From positions 1 through 59,540 of IMG/VR virus record IMGVR_UViG_3300045988_178894: DNA of 59,540 bases. The stretch is one strand, 5' to 3'. The notes below the pieces were generated by a model. It was not told the DNA's origin and did not search any database. It saw only the letters and a program-made list of their open reading frames with translations. The first letter of the stretch is position 1; the number at the start of each line of letters is the position of its first letter. Origin of the DNA: a virus. The position numbers were made by a program, and so were the translations under genes. Below are positions 18,277 through 26,178 of this stretch, in pieces.

Positions 18277-19005
18277 TCAGTCGGTTTCCAGGCTCTTCTC
18301 GACACGGCTGAGCAGGGCCTTGATGGCGTCCTCGCTCTCGCTCGACAGGCCCGTGGGCCGCCCGCCGGGGCAGAACTCCAGGGTGTCGGGCTCCCCGTGG
18401 AGAACCGGCCGCATGTCGATGCGCCCGAAGGCGTGGACGGTGATGATCTTGACCGGCAGGTAGCACTCCCGGTCCCAGATCCGGAACTCCATGCTCTCAT
18501 CGCGCTTCTCCGTCGACGTGATGGTGATCCGCCAACTGCGCGGATCCCAGGAGTTGAGCACGTTGCTCACCCACCGTCTCGCCTTCTCGTAGGCGATGAG
18601 CCGGGTGGCGCTGTCCAGGCGGGCCTGGACCACACGCCAGTTCTCCTCGTCCCACACGTCGACGAGGAGGGTGGCCCTCTCAGGGTTCGTCTCGGGGTTG
18701 AACCAGAAGACCCGCCCTGCGTCGATGACCAGGTGGTTGTAGAAGCAGGTCTCGTTCTCCAGCCACGCCCGCAGGACCTTGTCGACGATCCAGCCGATCG
18801 TCCCGTCCTCGCCGATGCACCGTTCCTCGCAGGATTCGTGCTCGACGATCAGGTCGAACTCGGGCACAACCTCGAAGTCGAGGCCGTGGAAGTTCGTGGG
18901 GATGATTCCCCTCCCGTTCTCCCGACCCCCGGGCTCCAGCGCTCCGCTGAGCCCCGGGGGCAGGTGCTTTGCGACGTCGTACCAGCCGTCGGGCATGGTG
19001 GTCAT
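18277..19005 (-). CDS. hypothetical protein
   Basis: 242 aa, ATG in an ATGA overlap. Confidence 0.6.
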   Translation of the reverse strand: MTTMPDGWYDVAKHLPPGLSGALEPGGRENGRGIIPTNFHGLDFEVVPEFDLIVEHESCEERCIGEDGTIGWIVDKVLRAWLENETCFYNHLVIDAGRVFWFNPETNPERATLLVDVWDEENWRVVQARLDSATRLIAYEKARRWVSNVLNSWDPRSWRITITSTEKRDESMEFRIWDRECYLPVKIITVHAFGRIDMRPVLHGEPDTLEFCPGGRPTGLSSESEDAIKALLSRVEKSLETD

Positions 19006-19751
19006 CGTCCCGTCACCTCGTCGATCGTCTTGCGGTAGTCCATCAGGGACGAGTAGTGCACCCCGTAGGACGCGATCTCCGCCGTCACGTACGGGTCGAC
19101 TTCGATGCCGAGTCGGGTGACCCTCCCCGTTCCGCCGTCAACGCGGATGATCAGCCTGCCCTTCGGGGCATCGATGGCGGCCGTCCGGGGGTCGAGGATC
19201 TGGGTGGTAGCGGTATCGACACCGGCCCGCATGATCCGATCGAGGGACTCCAGCACGATCGCCCGCAGGAGGCTGCGCTCAAGGCGGTCGGCGGCGTACT
19301 CGACGAAGGCGCCCAGTCCCTTCTCGAAATCCCCCCGCTTCAGGGGCATGTCCCTGAAGGATGCGATGGGAACCTCGTCCCACATGATCCCCTCATCGTC
19401 GGTCCGCAGCGCTCCCGCGTCGTCCCCCGGCAGATTGTCGATGACCTGGCGCAGGGCGGCGGCCTCGATGCTGCGTGCGACTTCGCGGGGCTTCAGTCCC
19501 CACCTGCACACGGCATTCGGGCCGGAACCGGGCTTGTTGAGCAGCAGTTGGATCCCGCCGCCCTCCCCCGCCGTCCGGCGCAGGGCGGCGATGTACTCGG
19601 TGTTACCGTTCGGCCAGACGGTGTGGATCTCCAGGCCGTCGGGGCTCCGGGCCTCCGTCAGCAGGACCCTCTTGTCGCGCAGGTACGGGGGCAGGTACAA
19701 GCGCACCTGTTCCCAGAACTCAGTCACCTCGGTACGGTCATCAGCGTCCAC
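19002..19751 (-). CDS. hypothetical protein (tandem paralog A)
   Basis: GTG 19751 (VDADDRTEVTEFWEQV). Collinear similarity to 19741..20535 (ADDR.E..EFW..V..LP; TVW.NGN.E.IA; LPG; F.EY...R). Confidence 0.55.
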   Translation of the reverse strand: MDADDRTEVTEFWEQVRLYLPPYLRDKRVLLTEARSPDGLEIHTVWPNGNTEYIAALRRTAGEGGGIQLLLNKPGSGPNAVCRWGLKPREVARSIEAAALRQVIDNLPGDDAGALRTDDEGIMWDEVPIASFRDMPLKRGDFEKGLGAFVEYAADRLERSLLRAIVLESLDRIMRAGVDTATTQILDPRTAAIDAPKGRLIIRVDGGTGRVTRLGIEVDPYVTAEIASYGVHYSSLMDYRKTIDEVTGR

Positions 19752-20535
19752 TGTCGTTCTCCTTCCCCTTGTTCTCGCTGTGCCCGCCGCTGACGGCGAC
19801 GTGGATGAGCAGCTGCATGGTGCAGTACGGGTACGACACGCCCCGCGAACCCATCGTGATGTCGACACTTCCCAGGACCTCCCCGTCCAGGGTGGACAGG
19901 GCGACCTCGGCCGTCCCCCGGTTGGTGCGGATCTTGATGGCCCGCTCGGGCAGGCCGATGCTGCTCATCCCGAGGGCGGGGGACACCGCCACCGTGAAGG
20001 GGACCTCCTCAAGGAGGAAGTAGTCGACCATGGTGGTCAGCGCCCGGCGGGCCAGGGCCCTGTCGGCCCGCTCCTGCACGTACTCGGTGAACTCGCCCAT
20101 GTTCTTCGCTCCGCAACCGTAGTCGCAGAAGTCGGCGACGATCGACTCATCCCACTCGAAGTAGTCCCCTGCGGTCCACGCACCGGGCAGGTGCTGGCGG
20201 ACCTGGTCGGCGGCCCGCTTCTCGATGACTCCGGCCACCCGCTTGGCATCGACGTCGGTCAGGGTGCGGCCGCCGGTGCCGGGTTCGACGACGAGGAGGT
20301 TGAACCTGTCCTCCTCGTCCTCCCTCCCCGGGGTCTTGGCGAGCATGTACAGGGAGGCGATGCGCTCCTCGTTCCCGTTCCACCACACGGTGAAGATGTC
20401 GATGTCGTCGGGGTCCAGCGACGGCCGGGCCGACACGAAGTCCCCTCGTCGGATCATCCTGGGCAGCAGGTCCTTGACCTCAGCCCAGAACTCCGCCATC
20501 TCCTCGCTCATCTCGATCCTGTCGTCAGCTGACAT
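19741..20535 (-). CDS. hypothetical protein (tandem paralog B)
   Basis: 264 aa, begins MSADDRIEMSEEMAEFWAEV. Confidence 0.6.
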   Translation of the reverse strand: MSADDRIEMSEEMAEFWAEVKDLLPRMIRRGDFVSARPSLDPDDIDIFTVWWNGNEERIASLYMLAKTPGREDEEDRFNLLVVEPGTGGRTLTDVDAKRVAGVIEKRAADQVRQHLPGAWTAGDYFEWDESIVADFCDYGCGAKNMGEFTEYVQERADRALARRALTTMVDYFLLEEVPFTVAVSPALGMSSIGLPERAIKIRTNRGTAEVALSTLDGEVLGSVDITMGSRGVSYPYCTMQLLIHVAVSGGHSENKGKENDSGR

Positions 20536-21265
20536 GGCTCTCCTTCCTCTTGTTCTTCTCGATCACGTTGTTCAGGAACAGGACGGCCCGTTCGTGGGCC
20601 TCCTGCACGGCCTCGGACCCCCAGGCCAGGTGGAAGCACGGCCCCCGACCCTTCGGGTCCAGGATGTTGACGTCGATCAGGCCCTCGTCGTCGGGGGCGA
20701 TGACGATCTCGACGCTCCCGTGCCCGCCGGTGAGGTACCGGATCATGTTCGGCGTGGACTCCTTGGTCACCCGGAGGGGGATGTCGTTGTCCAGGTCCGT
20801 GGCGAAGTCGCCGACCCAGCACTCAGCCGCCTCGGATCGGATCTGATCCCTGTACTCCCGCAGGTCCGTGGTGTTCACGTCCAGGAGTTCGTTCATGTTG
20901 TCCGACACCCAGCTCAGGCCGAAGTAGTCGTCCCAGACCAAAGGCAGGTCCCCGACGAGGACGTTCAGCGCGGAGTGGAACACGGCCAGGGCGATGTTAC
21001 CGACGTACTCGTGCGTGTAGGGGATCGGGTACGGGTCCAGGTCCCTGCTCCAGCTCCTCAGCGGCGTGAAGAACTCCTCTCCCGCGTCGCCCTCGCCGAT
21101 GACGCCCAGGACCCGGTCGCCCCCGACACCCATCAAGGTGACGACGCCGGTGTTCAGGTCGAGTCGCAGCATGCGCACCACAGCCTCGGAGGGGACCTGC
21201 GCCAGCACGCGCATCCAGATCCTCGTGCGCTCGTCGAACGTGTCCCACGTGATCTCCTCGATCAT
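20525..21265 (-). CDS. hypothetical protein
   Basis: 246 aa, ATG in an ATGA overlap. Confidence 0.6.
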   Translation of the reverse strand: MIEEITWDTFDERTRIWMRVLAQVPSEAVVRMLRLDLNTGVVTLMGVGGDRVLGVIGEGDAGEEFFTPLRSWSRDLDPYPIPYTHEYVGNIALAVFHSALNVLVGDLPLVWDDYFGLSWVSDNMNELLDVNTTDLREYRDQIRSEAAECWVGDFATDLDNDIPLRVTKESTPNMIRYLTGGHGSVEIVIAPDDEGLIDVNILDPKGRGPCFHLAWGSEAVQEAHERAVLFLNNVIEKNKRKESHVS

Positions 21266-21579
21266 GCGTTCCCCTCCTTCTCCGCCCGCCCCCGCCGATC
21301 CCGGATCGCCTCGTGCAGGACGAGGAAGTTGGCGACGGCGACGATCACCTCCTCCTCCCGCGCGCTACCGCGCTGGAAGGTGACCCGCCGGCCCTTGTCG
21401 TCGGCATCGTGGTACGTCGCAGCGGTGCCGCTCTCGTCGGGGCCGCCCAGGTACAGGGTCGCGTGCGCTCCCCCACTGCCGGGGATCTCGATGCGGGCGT
21501 AGGAGTGCTCCCCGCCCATGACCCGTGCCGATGGGGCGTCGCGGGTGACCTCGGCAATGAACTGCTGAATGGTTCTCAA
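21262..21579 (-). CDS. hypothetical protein (TTG start)
   Basis: 105 aa. TTG 21579 preceded by GAAGAGGAGACGAGAG. Confidence 0.5.
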   Translation of the reverse strand: MRTIQQFIAEVTRDAPSARVMGGEHSYARIEIPGSGGAHATLYLGGPDESGTAATYHDADDKGRRVTFQRGSAREEEVIVAVANFLVLHEAIRDRRGRAEKEGNA

Positions 21580-21634
21580 GGCTCTCGTCTCCTCTTCTCT
21601 TTCCTCCGGTTCTCAAGCGGATGCTTGGAACCCG

Positions 21635-21676
21635 CGCCGGACGGGGGAGTCGAACCCCCGCTTCGACCGTCCCGGC
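21635..21676 (-). ncRNA. tRNA-like minihelix (acceptor + T-arm only)
   Basis: Minus strand: GCCGGGAC-GGTCGAAGC-GGGGG-TTCGACT-CCCCC-GTCCGGC-G. 7 bp of acceptor pairing with one bulged G. Confidence 0.55.
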
Positions 21677-21691
21677 TGTTAGCGTGCGGGG

Positions 21692-22123
21692 TCACCACAC
21701 GTAGATGTCCACCTCGTGCGTGGCGCTGCCGACGGTGCGACAGCAGTCGACGCAGACGGCTCCCGCCCAGGACGGGTCCGGTACGGTCCCGACCTTGCGC
21801 GCCTCGTACTTGTGTCGTGCCTCGTGCTGGGGGCACAGCGGACCGTAGTGGCTGTTGCCGTTCCGGGGCAGGACGACATAGCCCTCGGCGTTCAGGGCGG
21901 ATTCCAGGAAGCCCCGGAGCACGGGCTCGGCCAGAGGGTCCCGCCCGTCGTAGGACTTCCTGCCGAGCAGGCCGTTGGCCAGCGCCCGCAGTCCCTCCCA
22001 GGTGAGCACGTGGTCGGCCCACGACGGGGCCGGGTTCCACTCGGGTGAGGCGTCCGCCTCCAGGGCCTCGACGATCCGCTCGATGAGGGCGTCGGTGCCG
22101 GTCTTGGCCTCGTTCTCGTCCAT
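21692..22123 (-). CDS. hypothetical Cys-rich protein
   Basis: 143 aa, ATG start. C-terminal CPQH...CVDCC. Confidence 0.6.
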   Translation of the reverse strand: MDENEAKTGTDALIERIVEALEADASPEWNPAPSWADHVLTWEGLRALANGLLGRKSYDGRDPLAEPVLRGFLESALNAEGYVVLPRNGNSHYGPLCPQHEARHKYEARKVGTVPDPSWAGAVCVDCCRTVGSATHEVDIYVW

Positions 22124-22153
22124 TGTTCTCTCTTCTCGGTTGGTTGTTGTCGC

Positions 22154-22453
22154 TCAGCGACGGTCCTGGAACAGGGCGGCGTGCAGGGCCGCCCAGATCT
22201 CCCAGTCCAGGCTGTCATTGGCGGTGAAAACACTCTCAGCCCGACGGGTGAACGTGTCCCGAGCGACCTTAAGGCCCCTCCGGCGCATCTGGGACACGGC
22301 GAGCCGGGCGATCAGGTCCGGTCGGATGCCATCGGGCGAGTCAGCGTCCTCGAAGATGTACCTGAAGACGTTCCTCGCCTCTTCCAGGTTTCCTGCGAGC
22401 AGCGCGCTGCGGACGAGCAGGGCCTGCTCGTGCAGCCAAGTCGTCATATTCAC
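22154..22453 (-). CDS. hypothetical protein
   Basis: GTG 22453 lies 7 nt after GAGAGGAGG (alternative ATG 22447). Confidence 0.55.
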   Translation of the reverse strand: MNMTTWLHEQALLVRSALLAGNLEEARNVFRYIFEDADSPDGIRPDLIARLAVSQMRRRGLKVARDTFTRRAESVFTANDSLDWEIWAALHAALFQDRR

Positions 22454-22487
22454 GGTGATGCCTCCTCTCTTCTCTTGGTTGGCATCG

Positions 22488-22534
22488 TGCTCCCGGCGGG
22501 GCTCGAACCCGCTGTGCGGCCGTGCGACGGGAGC
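22488..22534 (-). ncRNA. tRNA-like minihelix (acceptor + T-arm only)
   Basis: Minus strand: GCTCCCG-TCGCACGGCCGCACA-GCGGG-TTCGAGC-CCCGC-CGGGAGC-A. Perfect 7-bp acceptor. Starts 9 nt after the stop of 22544..22852. Confidence 0.6.
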
Positions 22535-22543
22535 GGCCGCTGT

Positions 22544-22852
22544 TCAGGCGGCGTTGGTTGCGAGGATGAAGATGCGGGTCAGGGCGTCCTCGTCCCAGAG
22601 GGCTCCGCTGTTCAGCGTTTCGTCCGTCTCCCAGTCGACGATCCGGTAGGAGCCCCGGACGGGATTCCCGTCGGCGGCCCAGACGAAGCACACGTCAATG
22701 TCCTGCTCCCGGTCCTCGTCGGTGATCTCCCAGATGACTTCAAGGCCGCCGTTCGAGGCGGGCTCCCGCCGCACCCGGGCGTCGGCGGGGATGACGCGCC
22801 AGTTGCGGGCGTGCCAGGTGGCGTACCCGGCGTTCATGGTGTAGTCGTTCAT
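22544..22852 (-). CDS. hypothetical protein
   Basis: 102 aa, ATG after GAGAGAAGAGAACC. Confidence 0.6.
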   Translation of the reverse strand: MNDYTMNAGYATWHARNWRVIPADARVRREPASNGGLEVIWEITDEDREQDIDVCFVWAADGNPVRGSYRIVDWETDETLNSGALWDEDALTRIFILATNAA

Positions 22853-22880
22853 GGTTCTCTTCTCTCAAATGATGAGCGCC

Positions 22881-22914
22881 GGGGCAGGTGAGTATCAAAA
22901 TCTCGTCCCGCCCC
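22881..22914 (-). repeat. conserved hairpin copy 1 (anticodon-arm-like loop)
   Basis: Minus strand: GGGGCGGG-A-CGAG-AUUUUGAUA-CUCA-CCUGCCCC. Homologous to 23790..23821. Confidence 0.6.
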
Positions 22915-22934
22915 GGCCCGGTTATGGGCTGGGA

Positions 22935-23681
22935 TCAGGCGTAGATCATGACCGCCCGCGTCAGGGCGTCCTCTGTGGCGGCCACGGGGATCGCATCGTA
23001 GAGTCCGACGGCGCCGATCTCATACTCCTCCCGCTCGCCGCCGAGCGGGCTCCCGCCGGGGCCCCAGCTGAAACTGATGTTGTCCGCCGCGGGGCGCAGC
23101 GGGTGCCGCGGGTAGAGGACGACTTGGAGGCCGCCGTCGTTTCGGGCGTAGAACACGGCCCTGGTCTGCGTCGGGACCGGGGTACGCAGCCGCCACTCGA
23201 CGAACGCCTTCATCGCGGCGCCTTCGATACCGCGTCCCGCGTCCACGTGGCGCAGGATCGCGTCCAGGTTCTCCCACGGCATGTCGTTGCCCTTACGCCA
23301 GGCGAACACGACATGGGCAGGGATCACGCCCCACGGCGTCTCAAGGGAACCCGGCTCATCGCCGAGAAAGAACCTCCCGGCGTCGCCGCGGTCCTGGACC
23401 AGCCAGGACGAGATGAGCAGTGAGGCAATCTTCTCCCGCACCTGGTCGACCGTGGGCCAGTCCGGGCCGTACCAGTGGACGGCGTCCTGACCTTCCTGGC
23501 CGTCCCAGCCCGGCTGGAAAGCAAGGACGCCCTCGTCCGCGTAGAACCCGGGCGGGGCGTAGTAAGGCATATGCCTGAGCTCCTCGTAGGGGCGCAGAAT
23601 CCCGCCGTCCAGGAGCGGTCCGATCTCGTCCCACCGGGACGGGTCGACAATCCGGTTTCCGATCTTGGTATCAGCGCTCAT
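22935..23681 (-). CDS. hypothetical protein
   Basis: Start ATG 23681 (MSADTKIGN) after GGAAGAGAGAGAGAGAGGAAACCACA. Confidence 0.6.
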   Translation of the reverse strand: MSADTKIGNRIVDPSRWDEIGPLLDGGILRPYEELRHMPYYAPPGFYADEGVLAFQPGWDGQEGQDAVHWYGPDWPTVDQVREKIASLLISSWLVQDRGDAGRFFLGDEPGSLETPWGVIPAHVVFAWRKGNDMPWENLDAILRHVDAGRGIEGAAMKAFVEWRLRTPVPTQTRAVFYARNDGGLQVVLYPRHPLRPAADNISFSWGPGGSPLGGEREEYEIGAVGLYDAIPVAATEDALTRAVMIYA

Positions 23682-23736
23682 TGTGGTTTCCTCTCTCTCT
23701 CTCTCTTCCGGTGCCGTACTTTTGCACGACAATCAC

Positions 23737-23780
23737 GCCCCGGGCCCGCGGCGAACGGGTAGGAGTCCTCCTCCCGGGGC
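23737..23780 (-). repeat. degenerate tRNA-like element closed by GCCCCGGG/CCCGGGGC
   Basis: Minus strand: GCCCCGGG-AGGAGGACTCCTA-CCCG-TTCGCCG-CGGG-CCCGGGGC. Keeps a T-loop-like TTCGCCG. Confidence 0.45.
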
Positions 23781-23789
23781 TAATGGGTT

Positions 23790-23821
23790 GGGCGGGCGAG
23801 TATTGGAATCTCGTCCCGCCC
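23790..23821 (-). repeat. conserved hairpin copy 2 (anticodon-arm-like loop)
   Basis: Minus strand: GGGCGGG-A-CGAG-AUUCCAAUA-CUCG-CCCGCCC. Confidence 0.6.
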
Positions 23822-23830
23822 GGGCTGGGT

Positions 23831-24178
23831 TCAGGCGCGGCGGGTAAGCCCGTCGCAGCCGATCACGGTGCCGTCCTCATCGCGGATGAGGCGGCCGGGG
23901 CTCATCAGATCGCCGCGGTGCCGCGGGGCCGCGTCGGCCACGGCCTTGGCGACGATGAGCACGACGCCCTCCTCGGGATCGGGCAGGCCGACAATCTCCC
24001 GCGGGCTCCCGGCGACGGCGACGGCGATCTCGTGTCCAGCGATGTTCGTCTGCTCCGGGGGAAGCCGATCGTAGATAACCCGGGCCGCCCCGTCGGGGCT
24101 GGGCGGAATGGTGATGTACTCCCCGTCCACAGTCTTGACGTACAGGGCGTGGGGCGTCAGGTTCAGGTAGGTGATCAT
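23831..24178 (-). CDS. hypothetical protein (paralog of 17521..17922)
   Basis: 115 aa, begins MITYLNLTPHALYV; C-terminal GTVIGCDGL. Confidence 0.6.
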   Translation of the reverse strand: MITYLNLTPHALYVKTVDGEYITIPPSPDGAARVIYDRLPPEQTNIAGHEIAVAVAGSPREIVGLPDPEEGVVLIVAKAVADAAPRHRGDLMSPGRLIRDEDGTVIGCDGLTRRA

Positions 24179-24196
24179 GATGGTCCTCTCTTCAAA

Positions 24197-24264
24197 GGCT
24201 CGAATTATTTCGAGCCCCGCGCCCCGGGGCGGCAGCGGGCCGCGGCGATCCTCTCTCCCGGGGC
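24197..24264 (-). repeat. degenerate tRNA-like element plus adjacent perfect hairpin
   Basis: Minus strand: GCCCCGGG-AGAGAGGATCGCC-GCGGC-CCGCT-GCCGC-CCCGGGGC (24264..24221), then GGCTCGAA-ATAA-TTCGAGCC (24216..24197). Confidence 0.45.
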
Positions 24265-24288
24265 TGATAGCGGGATACGGGGCGGGGT

Positions 24289-24606
24289 TCAGTCCTCGGG
24301 TTCGGCGTACAGGGCCCGGACCACTTCCTGACGGGCCCTGTCACTGGGCGCGATGCCCGTGATACGCACGATGACGGCGTCCGGAAGCTCCGCCACGAGG
24401 CTGACCACCTGGGGCAGCGTGAGGCCCCGAGTGAGGGCGCGGTAGCCGTCCTCTTCGATCTCGGCCTCCCACAGGGAGGCCTTGCGGCCGTCGGGATCGG
24501 TGAGTACCTCATAGGCCTCCGCATAGGCCAGAGCGGCGATCCCGCCCATGCGGGCGATGGGGATACGCCACACAGCGCAGGGGAAGCCGTAGAGCATCGC
24601 ATTCAT
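24289..24606 (-). CDS. hypothetical protein
   Basis: 105 aa. ATG preceded by the conserved leader CCAACCGAAAGGAACCGAACA. Confidence 0.6.
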   Translation of the reverse strand: MNAMLYGFPCAVWRIPIARMGGIAALAYAEAYEVLTDPDGRKASLWEAEIEEDGYRALTRGLTLPQVVSLVAELPDAVIVRITGIAPSDRARQEVVRALYAEPED

Positions 24607-24648
24607 TGTTCGGTTCCTTTCGGTTGGTTTTTCTTACCCGGGCCGGCG

Positions 24649-25032
24649 CTAGCGCCGGTTCTGACGCCAGATGACGTAGCTAGTGCCCTTGCCGTTCCCC
24701 GCCGTAGCGGCGTCCCAACGGCAGCCGGCGTAGCCGTCGGGGATGGCCCCATCGCCATCCTCATCCGTGAGGCAGTCGGCGACCGATTCCCACGCACATT
24801 CCTCCGTCCCGCCCATTGCTGCGCGCTCGCAGTGGGGCGCGAGGTAGGTGTTATGGGCGGTAGCGGTAGCAGTAGCGGCCGGGGTAGCGGTCCCGGTCGG
24901 GACCGTATTGCGGGCGCCGTCGGCGATGAAGGCCGCGGCGCCGGCGATCATCGCGCCCGCGGCGACGACGGCCGCGCCGGTGTACAGGACACGAGACGCG
25001 GTCCAGTCATTCGGGAAAGCGTACACGATCAT
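24649..25032 (-). CDS. membrane-anchored or secreted hypothetical protein
   Basis: 127 aa. N-terminal hydrophobic segment LYTGAAVVAAGAMIAGAAAFIA, then Thr/Ala-rich linker and Cys-containing domain. Confidence 0.6.
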   Translation of the reverse strand: MIVYAFPNDWTASRVLYTGAAVVAAGAMIAGAAAFIADGARNTVPTGTATPAATATATAHNTYLAPHCERAAMGGTEECAWESVADCLTDEDGDGAIPDGYAGCRWDAATAGNGKGTSYVIWRQNRR

Positions 25033-25132
25033 GGTGAATTATTCCTCTCGGTTCAGTGGGTGTGTGCCGCGAAGCGGCATCCCCGCTAACGCGGGGTTAA
25101 ATGTTGGGTTGGCGGGTTGGTGGGCCGGCGGA

Positions 25133-25474
25133 TTAGTAGCCGTACTCCATAAGCCAATCGGCCAACTCAAATTCGGATTCCACTTCCTTACGGAAAATGG
25201 TCTCTCCCGCCCTATCCTTTCCGTCCCGGAAAGCGTACTCAACGACGACGCCCCGCTCGAAGCGTCCGTCGGCGCCCCACTCCGCATGGGCGTGCAGCTC
25301 TCGCCCGCGCCAGCCTCGGACCCATGCGGCCAGCACAGAACCGTCGGAGTACTTAGTCATACCATAGGTTTCGGCGGCCAGTTTGGTCCACGTACGCCTG
25401 AACCACTCCCACCCAGTGGGCGGTGGGGGCATATTCTTAAGCACCTCAATCACTTCGGGAGTGTCACAGTACAT
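25133..25474 (-). CDS. hypothetical protein
   Basis: Start ATG 25474 (MYCDTPEVIE) after GGAAGGAAGGATCCAAA. Confidence 0.6.
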   Translation of the reverse strand: MYCDTPEVIEVLKNMPPPPTGWEWFRRTWTKLAAETYGMTKYSDGSVLAAWVRGWRGRELHAHAEWGADGRFERGVVVEYAFRDGKDRAGETIFRKEVESEFELADWLMEYGY

Positions 25475-25526
25475 TTTGGATCCTTCCTTCCGGTTCAGGT
25501 AGGCGCAAACGATCGTTTGCGCTTCG

Positions 25527-25580
25527 CGCCCGGGCGCGGGATCGAACCGCGCTGCTGCCTCCGCCGTGAGGCGGCCGGGC
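25527..25580 (-). ncRNA. tRNA-like element (acceptor + one hairpin + T-arm)
   Basis: Minus strand: GCCCGGC-C-GCCTC-ACGGCG-GAGGC-AGCAG-CGCGG-TTCGATC-CCGCG-CCCGGGC-G. 6 of 7 acceptor pairs. Followed by palindrome GCGCAAACGATCGTTTGCGC. Confidence 0.55.
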
Positions 25581-25608
25581 TGATAGTAGGAGTAGGGATT
25601 AGGGCCGG

Positions 25609-26178
25609 TCAGAGCTCCCAGATCTCGGCCTGGGTCCAGTCCCAGGCCTCCTGTCCGCAGCACTCGCAGGTGTGAGTGTAGTCCGCGGCCGTCGTGCCCG
25701 CGTGCATCCAAGTGCCGCGGCCGCCGGCGGACGCCTCGAAGGCGTCCAGGTCCGCGGCCCATGCGGCCGATTCCGCGTCCAGTTCGGCGTCGGGCCGCTC
25801 ACCGTTCACGAGGTACGCCGTGCACTCGCTGCACAGCGTGGCGGTGCGGTCAAGGGTCACGTCCCGGGACGTGACCACGATCGGCGTCGCATCGGCGCAG
25901 GGGTAGGCGGACCGGAGCGCGTCGACCGCGTCGACGCAGTGCTCCCAGGCCCAATCGGTGGGCACGTCCTTCTCGTCCCGGCCGCTGTCCTGCGCGATCA
26001 CGTGAGCGATATCGTCGGCCGTGATCACGGTGCGCCTCATGTGCTCGCTGAGGATGAGGCACACGGCCTCAGCGTAGGTGATCTTACGCTCCCGGTCCTC
26101 TTCGGCGGCGAAGGCGTCCAGCACGCCGTTGAGAGTGCAGTTCTCAACGGGCATGGGGATGTAGGTCTTGGTGTCCAT
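25609..26178 (-). CDS. acidic hypothetical protein, first gene of the leftward arm
   Basis: Start ATG 26178 (MDTKTYIPMP) after CCGAAAGGAACCCGAAA. C-terminal CECC motif. Confidence 0.6.
   Translation of the reverse strand: MDTKTYIPMPVENCTLNGVLDAFAAEEDRERKITYAEAVCLILSEHMRRTVITADDIAHVIAQDSGRDEKDVPTDWAWEHCVDAVDALRSAYPCADATPIVVTSRDVTLDRTATLCSECTAYLVNGERPDAELDAESAAWAADLDAFEASAGGRGTWMHAGTTAADYTHTCECCGQEAWDWTQAEIWEL

Noticed and set aside
17455-25585. Calling the TTCGA-containing elements as ordinary tRNA genes.
   Set aside because: The distance between the acceptor 5' strand and the T-arm is only 9-22 nt, so no D arm and no 7-nt anticodon loop can be drawn. No upstream segment offers alternative acceptor pairing. 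They are reported as tRNA-like elements instead.
17455-25585. Interpreting the tRNA-like elements as attP sites (copies of host tRNA 3' ends).
   Set aside because: There are four distinct sequences plus degenerate relatives, no integrase gene in the closed genome, and every copy is in a 3'-UTR-like position. A single attP would be expected. This cannot be excluded without comparison to host tRNAs.
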